From an uncultured bacterium (GTDB lineage Bacteria > Bacillota > Clostridia > Lachnospirales > Lachnospiraceae), in NCBI GenBank assembly GCA_947567075.1, contig CANOLZ010000001.1:25410-89409 (forward strand): a stretch of 64,000 nucleotides of DNA, read 5' to 3'. The notes under the pieces are model-generated. The model searched no databases and was not told where the DNA came from. It saw only the letters and a list, made by a program, of their open reading frames with translations. Position 1 is the stretch's first letter. The number at the start of each line of letters is the position of its first letter. The position numbers were made by a program, and so were the translations under genes. Below, piece after piece: positions 19,288 to 28,558 of the stretch.

Positions 19288-20796
19288 ATGGAAGGTGAAA
19301 AGGTGGGGAATGTAATTTTGAAAATGAAAGGGATTGATAAATCCTTTCCAGGGGTACACGCCTTAAAAGGAGTAGATCTTGAGATTAAAAAAGGAGAAGT
19401 TCATGCTCTCATGGGTGAAAACGGCGCAGGAAAATCGACATTAATGAAGGTGCTTACAGGCATTTATTCCAAAGATAAAGGCAGCATTCTTTACGAAGGC
19501 AGGGAGGTTGCCTTTACCAATCCTAAGGAAGCCCAGGAGGCAGGCATTTCTATTGTGCATCAGGAGTTAAACATGATGAATCATCTTTCCGTAGCCCAAA
19601 ATATTTTTATTGGCAGGGAAATGATGAATGGAAAGATAATAAATGATGGGAAGATGGAAGAAGAATCCAGAAAGCTGTTTCAGAAATTAAATATTGATAT
19701 TGATCCAGGAGAAATAATGGGAAATCTTACTGTTGGACGTCAACAAATGTGTGAAATTGCAAAGGCTATTTCCAGAGAGTGCAAAATCATTGTATTTGAT
19801 GAACCAACAGCTGCTTTGACAGAGACAGAAATTGAAGGACTGTTTAAAATTATCAGAGATTTAAGGAAAAAACAAATGGGCATTGTATATATTTCTCATC
19901 GAATGGATGAAATTAAAAAGATTACAGATAGGGTGACCATCATGAGGGATGGGGAATATGTAGCAACATTAATAACGGAAAATTCTACAAAAGATGACAT
20001 TATAAAGGGAATGGTAGGAAGGGTTATTTATGAAGACCCAAAGGAAAAAAGCAATGTACCTACAGATGCGCCTGTTGTCCTCAAAGTAGAAAATCTTCGG
20101 GCGGGGAAAATGGTAAAAGATGTAAGTTTTGAGTTACATAAAGGAGAAATACTCGGCTTTTCTGGATTAATGGGAGCTGGCAGGACAGAGACAGCAAGAG
20201 CTTTATTTGGCGCAGATAAGAAGGACGGGGGAAATATATATATTAATGGGAAAAAAGTGGAAATCAAAACGACAAAGGATGCAGTAAAAGCAGGAATTGG
20301 ATATTTGTCAGAGGACAGAAAACGATATGGACTTGTGGTAGAAAAAACTGTGGCACAAAATTCCACTATGGCAAATCTTGAGGCATTTTCCAAAGGATTT
20401 TTTATTGATAAAGGGAAGGAAGCAAAAACAGCTTTGGAATATGTAAAAAAGCTAAAAACGAAAACACCAGGTGTCGATCAGCTAGTGGTAAATTTATCAG
20501 GAGGCAACCAGCAGAAGGTGGTCATTGCCAAATGGCTCATACGTAACTGTGATATTTTAATTTTTGACGAGCCTACAAGGGGAATTGATGTTGGAGCCAA
20601 AAGTGAAATTTATCATTTAATGAGTGAACTGGCAGCCCAGGGAAAGTCCATTATCATGATTTCTTCAGAAATGACAGAAATACTTCGCATGAGTGATCGG
20701 ATTATCGTCATGTGTGAAGGGAGGAAGACAGGAGAAATCACGATTGAAGAGGCCACCCAGGAAAATATTATGTATGCGGCTACAAAAAGAGATTAA
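19288..20796 (+). CDS. Sugar ABC transporter ATP-binding protein (tandem ATPase, RbsA/MglA-like)
   Basis: Two ABC cassettes: GENGAGKST with FDEPTAAL, and GLMGAGRTE with LSGGNQQK and FDEPTRGID. The start is uncertain (19258, 19288 or 19303). Confidence 0.9.
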   Translation: MEGEKVGNVILKMKGIDKSFPGVHALKGVDLEIKKGEVHALMGENGAGKSTLMKVLTGIYSKDKGSILYEGREVAFTNPKEAQEAGISIVHQELNMMNHLSVAQNIFIGREMMNGKIINDGKMEEESRKLFQKLNIDIDPGEIMGNLTVGRQQMCEIAKAISRECKIIVFDEPTAALTETEIEGLFKIIRDLRKKQMGIVYISHRMDEIKKITDRVTIMRDGEYVATLITENSTKDDIIKGMVGRVIYEDPKEKSNVPTDAPVVLKVENLRAGKMVKDVSFELHKGEILGFSGLMGAGRTETARALFGADKKDGGNIYINGKKVEIKTTKDAVKAGIGYLSEDRKRYGLVVEKTVAQNSTMANLEAFSKGFFIDKGKEAKTALEYVKKLKTKTPGVDQLVVNLSGGNQQKVVIAKWLIRNCDILIFDEPTRGIDVGAKSEIYHLMSELAAQGKSIIMISSEMTEILRMSDRIIVMCEGRKTGEITIEEATQENIMYAATKRD

Positions 20797-20808
20797 GTGG
20801 AGGGGAAA

Positions 20809-21795
20809 ATGGAAGGATTGAAAAACAACCCAATCGTAAAGGCGATTGGCACACAAAGGCTTGTAGCGTTCATTGCGCTTATTGTTATCTATCTAGCATT
20901 TGGTTTATTAAATAATAAATTTTTTTCTTATGCTACTATAGTGAACATTTTTGACGCTTCCTATTATATTGGCTTTATGGCTATAGGAATTACTTTTGTC
21001 ATTGCAACAGGAGGAATTGATCTTTCGATTGGAACGGTTCTTAGCTGCTCTGCACTGATGGCTGGTTATTTGAATGTTTCTAAGGGACTGCCAATTGTTC
21101 CAACAATACTTCTTTGCGTTGCAATTGGAGCCCTTTTTGGCCTTATGAACGGATGGATGGTATCGAAAATGAAACTCCCTCCTTTTATTGCAACCTTAGG
21201 ATCCATGATGTTGTCTAAAGGTTTAGGAGCCATTGTAACAATGTCTCAGAGTGTTACATGGAAATCCAGTACGTCAGAGGAAGGATGGTATCGGAACATT
21301 TTCCGTATAAACAGCCAGTCAGGGGTTATTGTACCGACGGGATTTATTTTATTGATTGCCTCTGCCATTGTCATGGCCATTGTACTGAATAAAACCCGAC
21401 CAGGCCGTTACATTTTAGCTCTTGGAAGCAATTTAGAAGCAACAAGACTCTCAGGAGTGGATGTTGATAAGTGGCAAACATTGGCATATGTATTCAGCGG
21501 GTTATTTGCAGGCATTGCAGGCGTGTCCTATGCATCTATTTACCAGGTTATTTTACCAGGAGCCGGTTCCGGATTTGAGATGGATGCCATAGCGGGAGTT
21601 GTTATTGGAGGAACGTCCATGAGTGGGGGGAATGGTACTATAGCAGGAACGATGATTGGTGTTTTTATTATTTCCGTATTAAAAACAGGACTGCCTTTCA
21701 TTGGACTTAACACTGCCTGGCAGCAGGTTGCCACAGGACTTGTCCTTATAATAGCTGTATTTATAGACGTATGTAATAGAAGACGTAAAGGATGA
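20809..21795 (+). CDS. Sugar ABC transporter permease (RbsC-like)
   Basis: Polytopic membrane protein of the BPD_transp_2 type (GGIDLSIGTV..., GGTSMSGGNGTI). The ATG lies after GTGGAGGGG. Confidence 0.9.
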   Translation: MEGLKNNPIVKAIGTQRLVAFIALIVIYLAFGLLNNKFFSYATIVNIFDASYYIGFMAIGITFVIATGGIDLSIGTVLSCSALMAGYLNVSKGLPIVPTILLCVAIGALFGLMNGWMVSKMKLPPFIATLGSMMLSKGLGAIVTMSQSVTWKSSTSEEGWYRNIFRINSQSGVIVPTGFILLIASAIVMAIVLNKTRPGRYILALGSNLEATRLSGVDVDKWQTLAYVFSGLFAGIAGVSYASIYQVILPGAGSGFEMDAIAGVVIGGTSMSGGNGTIAGTMIGVFIISVLKTGLPFIGLNTAWQQVATGLVLIIAVFIDVCNRRRKG

Positions 21796-21868
21796 CAAAT
21801 GTTCAATGTTTCATTCCTGCATTTTAGGAATTTACATAAAAACAATGAAAAAAAGGAGGATTATATTT

Positions 21869-23029
21869 ATGAAAAGAAAAGTTTTAAGGGCAATTCTTTG
21901 TATTTCCATGGCAGGCATGCTATTGGCCGGATGTGGAAATAATCAATCAGCGCCAGCAGCGACAGAGCCAGCAGAAGATGCAAACACAGAGGCAGAAGAG
22001 CTAGGGACAGATGCACAGGAAGGAGCTTCTACAGAATCTACAAGCAATGAAGGCATGATGGTTTACCTTGTTTCAAAAGGGTTCCAGCACCAATATTGGC
22101 AGGCAGTTTGGCAGGGAGCCCAGGAAAAGGCTAAAGAGCTGGGAGTGGAAGTACAGATGCAAGGGCCAGATACAGAGTCTGATATTGCACAGCAAGTACA
22201 AATGCTAAATACGGCTATTCAGCTTCAACCAGATGCTATTGGACTGGCAGCTTTAGACGTCTCTGCCCTAAACGATGGAATTGCCCAGGCCCAAAGTGCA
22301 GGAATTCCTATTATAGGGTTTGACTCTGGCGTTCCAGAAGCTCCGGAAGGGGCAGTATACGCCAATGCAGCGACAGATAATTATGCAGCTGGCGCATTAG
22401 CAGCAGAGGAGACATATAAAATAATAAAAGATAGGATTTTAAGTACACAAGGGAGCGTAAGAATCGGTGTAATGAATCAGGATGCCACTGCAGAGTCCAT
22501 TATTAACCGGGGGTTAGGATTTATTGACAAGATGGCGGAATTAGTTATAGCCGATGGCAAGACAGTGAGTATTGTTGGAAATGAAAAGTATGTCAATGAT
22601 TCACAGGTAACAGATAAAGGAGAGGGAGGAAATGTTATTCTTGATATAGCCGTTCCTTCGAAGGTGGAAGCTGCTCTTTCTTCTACAGACGCCCAGACAT
22701 TATTAAATAAAGAAGACATTCTATGTATTTATGGTTCAAATCAGTTTTCAGGAGAAGGACTTGTCAATGGAGACGCTAATATAGGGAAGTTAGGAAAAGA
22801 TGTTGTAGGCGTTGCCTTTGACTCTGGAACGGTTATTAAAGATGCAGTAAAGGCTGGAAAGCTAGCTGGCGCTGTTACTCAGTCTCCTTTGGACATTGGA
22901 CGAAAAACTGTGGAGCTGGCAGTAAAAGCTGCAAAAGGAGAGTCTGTAGCTGACGTAGATACAGGATGTCAATGGTTTACAGCAGAGAATATGGAAGATC
23001 CTTCTATTGCACCAAATCTTTATGACTAA
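21869..23029 (+). CDS. Sugar ABC transporter substrate-binding lipoprotein
   Basis: Lipobox LLAGC after MKRKVLRAILCISMAGM, an acidic linker, then an RbsB-like PBP fold. RBS is AAAGGAGG. Confidence 0.85.
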   Translation: MKRKVLRAILCISMAGMLLAGCGNNQSAPAATEPAEDANTEAEELGTDAQEGASTESTSNEGMMVYLVSKGFQHQYWQAVWQGAQEKAKELGVEVQMQGPDTESDIAQQVQMLNTAIQLQPDAIGLAALDVSALNDGIAQAQSAGIPIIGFDSGVPEAPEGAVYANAATDNYAAGALAAEETYKIIKDRILSTQGSVRIGVMNQDATAESIINRGLGFIDKMAELVIADGKTVSIVGNEKYVNDSQVTDKGEGGNVILDIAVPSKVEAALSSTDAQTLLNKEDILCIYGSNQFSGEGLVNGDANIGKLGKDVVGVAFDSGTVIKDAVKAGKLAGAVTQSPLDIGRKTVELAVKAAKGESVADVDTGCQWFTAENMEDPSIAPNLYD

Positions 23030-23037
23030 TAAAAAAT

Positions 23038-23075
23038 AGGCTGCCCCTGCCACTTGTGGCAGCTTGGCAGCTTTT
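23038..23075 (+). terminator. Hairpin / partial terminator after the transporter genes
   Basis: CTGCCAC-TT-GTGGCAG is nested in GCTGCC...GGCAGC and followed by TTTT. It could attenuate read-through into the BMC operon. Confidence 0.4.
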
Positions 23076-23107
23076 ACAAAGAATAACGAGCAGAAGGAGA
23101 AGGAAAG

Positions 23108-23872
23108 ATGGTTTCAGAATATGAAATAAAAAAACAGATATGTGAGATTGGAAAACGCATATACAATAAAGGAATGGTAGCGGCTAATGATGGCAATATA
23201 TCTGTAAAAATAGGGGAAAATGAATATCTTTGCACACCTACGGGGGTAAGCAAAGGGTTTATGACGCCGGAATATATTTGTAAGGTTGATAAAAAGGGAA
23301 ATGTACTTCAGGCAAATGGAACATTTAAGCCATCGTCAGAGATCAAAATGCATATGAGGGTCTATGAAGAAAGAGAGGATGTAAAAAGTGTTGTCCATGC
23401 CCATCCAATGTATGCTACTGGTTTTGCTATTGCGGGAATTCCATTGGATCAGCCTATTATGCCAGAGGCTGTCATAGGTCTGGGAGAAGTCCCTATTGTT
23501 CCTTACGGAACTCCTTCCACCATGGAAATTCCAGACGCTGTTTCACCCTTTTTACAAAATTATGATGCTGTTTTGTTGGAAAACCATGGGGCCTTAACCT
23601 ATGGGGATTCTTTGCTTGGAGCCTATCATAAGATGGAAGCTGTTGAGTTTTACGCTCAGCTTTTATTTATTGCAAGACAGGCAGGAGGGCCAAAGGAGCT
23701 GCCAGAAGAAGAAGTAAGGAAGCTGTGTAATATGAGGGCTAATTACGGGCTGACTGGAAGACATCCAGGAGAAGCTATTGTCAAACACAAAAAGTACGGG
23801 AAGGAAGAGTCTGGCAAGTCAATGGTTTTAGAGATTACAAAGAGAATTATGGAAGAGATGCATTTGAAATAG
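23108..23872 (+). CDS. Class II aldolase (L-fuculose/rhamnulose-1-phosphate aldolase family), copy 1, with C-terminal extension
   Basis: Zn ligand motifs HAHP and ENHG plus the NDGNIS phosphate loop. It is ~40 aa longer than the ~215-aa core and ends in the amphipathic SMVLEITKRIMEEMHLK. Confidence 0.85.
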   Translation: MVSEYEIKKQICEIGKRIYNKGMVAANDGNISVKIGENEYLCTPTGVSKGFMTPEYICKVDKKGNVLQANGTFKPSSEIKMHMRVYEEREDVKSVVHAHPMYATGFAIAGIPLDQPIMPEAVIGLGEVPIVPYGTPSTMEIPDAVSPFLQNYDAVLLENHGALTYGDSLLGAYHKMEAVEFYAQLLFIARQAGGPKELPEEEVRKLCNMRANYGLTGRHPGEAIVKHKKYGKEESGKSMVLEITKRIMEEMHLK

Positions 23873-23882
23873 GAGGGAATGT

Positions 23883-26408
23883 ATGAAACCTGAAAAGTAT
23901 GAAATTCTTAAAAGCCCAAGAATTGACAGGCTTGTAGGAAGACTCTTCGAAAAAATGCCAGAAATTGAGGGGGATCGGGCAGTACTGATTACAGAATCTT
24001 ATAAGGAGACAGAGGGAGAGCCAGTCATTGACAGAAGGGGAAAGGCCTTTGCCCATATTTTAAAAAATATACCCATTACTATACGAGAGGAAGAACTGAT
24101 TGTTGGCAGCGCAACAATGTCTCCAAGGGGGTGTCAAGTTTTCCCGGAGTTTTCTTATTCCTGGCTGGAGGAAGAGCTGGATACAGTGACTTCTAGGGCG
24201 GCAGATCCTTTTTATATTTCAGAAGATACAAAAGAGACATTAAGGGAAGTTTACCGTTATTGGAAAGGAAAGACAACAAGTGAACTGGCTGCTTCCTACA
24301 TGATGCCAGAGACGAGAAAAGCAATAGAACATAATATATTCACCCCAGGAAATTATTTCTATAATGGAGTAGGACATGTGACTGTAAATTATGGAAAAAT
24401 ATTAGAAATAGGGTATGAAGGGTTATTAGAAGAAGTACAGGCAGAACGGAAAAAATGTAAGGTAGGGGATGTAAATTATGTAGAAAAAACCCATTTTTTA
24501 AATGCAGTGGCAAAAAGTTTGGAAGCAGTTATGGAATATGGAAAAAGATATGCCCTCCTTGCAAGGGAAGTGGCAGAAACATGCTCCAATGAACAAAGAA
24601 AGGAAGAACTTTTACAAATTGCAAAAAATTGTGAGAGAGTACCGGCAAAAGGTGCAACATCCTTTTATGAAGCCTGTCAGTCTTTTTGGTTTATTCAAAT
24701 GCTTTTGCAAATAGAGTCCAGTGGTCACTCTATTTCTCCAGGGCGATTTGACCAATACATGTATCCTTACTATAAAAAAGATATAGAATCAGGGAGAATC
24801 ACAAAAGAATTTGCCCAAGAATTAATGGACTGCATTTGGGTGAAGCTAAATGATCTTAACAAAGTAAGGGATGCAGCATCGGCAGAAGGATTTGCTGGAT
24901 ATGGGCTGTTTCAGAACTTAATTGCCTCTGGACAAAATAAAGAAGGAGAAGATGCTACGAATGAACTTTCTTATATGTGTATTGAGGCTTCCATGCATGT
25001 TATGCTTCCTCAGCCTTCCCTTTCTGTACGGGTATGGAATAAAACACCCCATGAGTTTATGATGAAGGCTGTAAGCCTTACAAGAACAGGAATCGGACTG
25101 CCAGCTTACTATAATGACGAAGTTATTATCCCTTCTCTTTTGAATAGAGGTCTCACATTAGAGGATGCCAGAGATTACAATATTATCGGCTGTGTGGAGC
25201 CTCAAAAGTCAGGAAAGACAGATGGATGGCATGATGCAGCATTTTTTAACATGTGCAGACCTCTAGAGCTAGTATTTTCTAATGGATATGAGAAAGGTCA
25301 GAAAGTTGGAATAGAAACAGGGGATGTAACAAAAATGGAAACCTTTGATGAATTTTACGATGCTTACAAAGCCCAGATGAATTATTGTATAGATCTCCTT
25401 GTCAATGCAGATAACGCCATTGATGTAGCCCATAGAGAGCGATGTCCCCTCCCTTATCTTTCTTCCATGATTGAAGATTGTATAAAAAGAGGAAAAAGCG
25501 TACAGGAAGGGGGAGCTGTTTACAATTTCACTGGCCCCCAAGGATTTGGCATTGCCAATATGGCGGATTCATTATACGCCATTAAAACTTTAGTATTTGA
25601 TGAGAAAAAAGTAACCATGGCAGAGTATAAACAGGCGTTAGAAGATAACTATGGAAGAGGGCTTTGTAAGGAAAGGGTAGAAGAAATAACAAAGGAAGTA
25701 GTTGAAAAATTATTAAGCCAGGGAAAGAAAGTAAGGGAAAAAGAAATTGTTCAGATTGCCACGATGGCAGCTTCCCATGGTACATCAAAGGAAGAAAGGG
25801 AGAAATACGACGCCTTATTAAAGCTTATTGAAGGAGTTCCTAAATTTGGAAACGATATAGAAGAGGTAGACGCCTTTGCAAGAGATGTTGCTTACACTTA
25901 TACAAGACCATTGGAGATTTATCAAAATCCAAGAGGAGGCTGGTATCAGGCAGGACTTTATCCAGTATCCGCCAATGTACCTTTAGGAGCCCAGACAGGA
26001 GCCACCCCAGATGGAAGACTTGCAGGAGCCCCAGTAGCAGATGGAGTTTCCCCTTCAGCAGGAAAAGACGTATCCGGCCCAACGGCAGCTGCTAATTCTG
26101 TGGCAAAACTAGATCATGGAATTGCTTCCAATGGAACACTTTTCAACCAGAAGTTCCATCCATCAGCTCTTAGTGGAAGAGAAGGATTGGAAAATTTCAC
26201 AGCCTTTATTAGGGGATACTTTGACCAGAAAGGAAGTCATATCCAGTTTAATGTGGTAAGCAGGGAAACTCTCCTGGAAGCTCAAAAACATCCAGAACAA
26301 TATAAAACGTTAGTTGTCAGGGTGGCAGGTTACAGTGCATTGTTTACTTCCCTCTCTGCCTCATTGCAGGATGATATTATTAATGGGACAGAACAGGCGG
26401 GATTGTAG
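23883..26408 (+). CDS. Glycyl radical enzyme, B12-independent diol (1,2-propanediol) dehydratase type
   Basis: 841 aa. The glycyl-radical motif VRVAGYSALF has its Gly codon at 26328-26330. The thiyl loop IGCVEPQ has Cys codon 25191-25193 and a single Cys with Glu at +2, as in GRE eliminases and dehydratases. The fucose/BMC context supports the call. Confidence 0.88.
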   Translation: MKPEKYEILKSPRIDRLVGRLFEKMPEIEGDRAVLITESYKETEGEPVIDRRGKAFAHILKNIPITIREEELIVGSATMSPRGCQVFPEFSYSWLEEELDTVTSRAADPFYISEDTKETLREVYRYWKGKTTSELAASYMMPETRKAIEHNIFTPGNYFYNGVGHVTVNYGKILEIGYEGLLEEVQAERKKCKVGDVNYVEKTHFLNAVAKSLEAVMEYGKRYALLAREVAETCSNEQRKEELLQIAKNCERVPAKGATSFYEACQSFWFIQMLLQIESSGHSISPGRFDQYMYPYYKKDIESGRITKEFAQELMDCIWVKLNDLNKVRDAASAEGFAGYGLFQNLIASGQNKEGEDATNELSYMCIEASMHVMLPQPSLSVRVWNKTPHEFMMKAVSLTRTGIGLPAYYNDEVIIPSLLNRGLTLEDARDYNIIGCVEPQKSGKTDGWHDAAFFNMCRPLELVFSNGYEKGQKVGIETGDVTKMETFDEFYDAYKAQMNYCIDLLVNADNAIDVAHRERCPLPYLSSMIEDCIKRGKSVQEGGAVYNFTGPQGFGIANMADSLYAIKTLVFDEKKVTMAEYKQALEDNYGRGLCKERVEEITKEVVEKLLSQGKKVREKEIVQIATMAASHGTSKEEREKYDALLKLIEGVPKFGNDIEEVDAFARDVAYTYTRPLEIYQNPRGGWYQAGLYPVSANVPLGAQTGATPDGRLAGAPVADGVSPSAGKDVSGPTAAANSVAKLDHGIASNGTLFNQKFHPSALSGREGLENFTAFIRGYFDQKGSHIQFNVVSRETLLEAQKHPEQYKTLVVRVAGYSALFTSLSASLQDDIINGTEQAGL

Positions 26409-26426
26409 GGACAGGAAGGACAGCTT

Positions 26427-27218
26427 ATGGAAATAGATTATTTGGACGTAAAAGGCAGAATCTTTGATATTCAAAAGTTTTCCATCCATGACGGGCCAGG
26501 CATTCGTTCCATAGTATTTTTAAAAGGGTGTATGTTCCGCTGCCCTTGGTGCTGTAACCCTGAGTCCCAGGAATTTGCCATCCAAACAATGATAAGAGAC
26601 AATCAAGGGAAGGTAATAGGAGAAGATGTGACAGTAAGGCAGGTGTTAAGCCAGGTGAAACAGGATCGGGCTTATTACCGCAGAAGCAATGGAGGAATGA
26701 CCCTCTCAGGAGGGGAATGTATGTGTCAGCCAGACTTTGCCTATGCCCTTTTGAAGGAGGCTAGGGAAATTGGATTGAAAACAGCTGTGGAGACGACAGG
26801 GGCAGTAAAATATGAGATTGTGGAACGGCTATTGCCAGAAATCAATGATGTATTATTGGACATTAAACATATGAATCCAATAAAACATAAGGAATTTATA
26901 GGAAAAGATAATGGCCTTGTGCTGGACAATGCAAGGAAGATTGCAAAAAGTAAAGTAAGACTTACAATAAGAGTGCCTGTTGTTCCAACATTTAACGATA
27001 AGCCAGAGGAGATAAGGGATATTGTACAGTTTGTGAAAACCCTTCCAGGAATAGAAAAAATACATCTCCTTCCTTACCATAGACTGGGGAGGGATAAATA
27101 TAGAGCCCTTGGCAGAGACTATCTCCTTGATCATATTGAGCCTTTATCTAATAAGAAAATAAAGGAGCTTCTGGATATTGTAATAGATAGCGGCATAAAA
27201 GGGCAGATTGGAGGGTAA
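26427..27218 (+). CDS. Glycyl-radical enzyme activating enzyme (radical SAM)
   Basis: CMFRCPWCCNPES contains the CxxxCxxC cluster motif, and the N-terminus has GRIFDIQKFSIHDGPGIRS. It lies immediately downstream of the GRE. Confidence 0.9.
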   Translation: MEIDYLDVKGRIFDIQKFSIHDGPGIRSIVFLKGCMFRCPWCCNPESQEFAIQTMIRDNQGKVIGEDVTVRQVLSQVKQDRAYYRRSNGGMTLSGGECMCQPDFAYALLKEAREIGLKTAVETTGAVKYEIVERLLPEINDVLLDIKHMNPIKHKEFIGKDNGLVLDNARKIAKSKVRLTIRVPVVPTFNDKPEEIRDIVQFVKTLPGIEKIHLLPYHRLGRDKYRALGRDYLLDHIEPLSNKKIKELLDIVIDSGIKGQIGG

Positions 27219-27222
27219 AAGA

Positions 27223-27594
27223 GTGGATAAAACCTTCTCTTTGGAAGATAGAATGAGAATTATTCAGGAAATTGTGCCTGGGAGACAGATAACCCTCGCC
27301 CATGTTATTGCAAATCCAGACAATGTTTTATTGGAAAGGCTCAACTTGTCAAAAGGAAAGGAAAAGGTCAAGGGAGCTATTGGAATTGTAACTATGAGTC
27401 CTGGAGAGACGTCGATTATTGGAGCAGATATAGCTTTAAAAGCATCAGGTGTTGAAATTGGATTTATTGATAGGTTAAATGGAACTCTTCTTGTGACAGG
27501 CAGTGTGTCTCAGGTGGAAGAGGCTATGAAGGAATTAGTGGATTACTGTAAAAACACATTGGAATTTACTGTATGTGCAATAACAAGGACTTAA
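27223..27594 (+). CDS. Circularly permuted BMC-H shell protein (PduU/EutS type)
   Basis: RIIQEIVPGRQITLAHVIANP...GAIGIVTMSPGETSIIGADIALKASGVEIGFIDR is the PduU/EutS signature. Start is GTG 27223, 7 nt after GGAGGG (the ORF-track TTG is at 27208). Confidence 0.8.
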   Translation: MDKTFSLEDRMRIIQEIVPGRQITLAHVIANPDNVLLERLNLSKGKEKVKGAIGIVTMSPGETSIIGADIALKASGVEIGFIDRLNGTLLVTGSVSQVEEAMKELVDYCKNTLEFTVCAITRT

Positions 27595-27625
27595 AAAGCT
27601 GCAGGGCAGGAGAATGGAGGAAAAA

Positions 27626-28429
27626 ATGCAAAGGGAGTATGAAATAAAAAAACAAATATGTGATATAGGCAGGAGAATTTATAACAGAGGAATGGTAGCA
27701 GCCAATGATGGCAACATTTCTGTAAAAATCAGCGAGCATGAATTTTTATGCACACCTACTGGGGTAAGCAAAGGATTTATGACTCCAGAATATATTTGCA
27801 AAGTAGATAAAGAGGGAAGAGTCATTCAAGCCAATAAAGGATTTAAGCCATCCTCAGAAATAAAGATGCATATGAGAGTTTACAAAGAGAGACCAGATGT
27901 AAAAAGTGTTGTCCATGCCCACCCTATGTATGCCACAGGATATGCTATTGCAGGAAAGGCACTGACCCAGCCTATTATGCCAGAGGCAGTCATTTCATTA
28001 GGATGCGTTCCTGTTGCAAAATATGGAACTCCTTCGACAGAGGAGATTCCAGATGCAGTGTCTGAATATTTAGAATATTTTGATGCAGTATTGCTAGAAA
28101 ACCATGGAGCGCTTACCTATTCCGATTCCCTGCTTTCTGCTTATATGAAAATGGAAACGGTAGAGTTTTATGCCCATCTTCTCTATATTGCAGAACATTT
28201 GGGAGGGCCAAAGGAGTTATCAGAGGAGCAGGTGCAAAGACTATATGAAATCAGGAGACAGATGGGTATGTCAGGAAAACATCCAGCGAATTTGTGTCCC
28301 AATACAAGAGAGGGAAAGAAGAGCTGCCACAATTGCAAAGGAGGGCATTCTCCAAAGGAGGAGGGGATATCAGAGCAACTTGTTTCCCAAATTACACAAA
28401 AGGTATTGGAGCAGCTAAATCTTTCTTGA
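27626..28429 (+). CDS. Class II aldolase, copy 2, with Cys/His linker and C-terminal amphipathic helix
   Basis: Paralogue of 23108-23872, starting with the same EYEIKKQIC-IG-RIYN-GMVAANDGNISVKI. It carries HAHP and ENHG motifs. The tail reads CPNTREGKKSCHNCKGGH...ISEQLVSQITQKVLEQLNLS. ATG 27626 lies 5 nt after GGAGG. Confidence 0.85.
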   Translation: MQREYEIKKQICDIGRRIYNRGMVAANDGNISVKISEHEFLCTPTGVSKGFMTPEYICKVDKEGRVIQANKGFKPSSEIKMHMRVYKERPDVKSVVHAHPMYATGYAIAGKALTQPIMPEAVISLGCVPVAKYGTPSTEEIPDAVSEYLEYFDAVLLENHGALTYSDSLLSAYMKMETVEFYAHLLYIAEHLGGPKELSEEQVQRLYEIRRQMGMSGKHPANLCPNTREGKKSCHNCKGGHSPKEEGISEQLVSQITQKVLEQLNLS

Positions 28430-28558
28430 TAGGTGGAGCATCCAAAGGGAAAGTTTAGGACACAAGGGGATAGGCATGAATCTCCAATGGATTGGGAGTG
28501 AGAAACAAGATAGTCTATTAGAAGAATATGAAAGAAAGGTTTTTGAGGAGGTTATAGT

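Noticed and set aside
23030-23107. Cobalamin riboswitch or other leader RNA in front of the BMC operon (also checked at 28430-28558).
   Set aside because: Both regions are too short and lack a B12-box-like sequence. The system is B12-independent, so none is expected.
23883-26408. GRE as pyruvate formate-lyase or choline TMA-lyase (CutC).
   Set aside because: The thiyl loop has a single Cys with Glu at +2 (GCVEP), not the PFL Cys-Cys pair. The locus is built around fucose isomerase, aldolase, kinase and propionyl-CoA-type enzymes (PduP, PduL), not choline genes. CutC versus diol dehydratase cannot be fully separated by eye. Active-site residue comparison or phylogeny would settle it.
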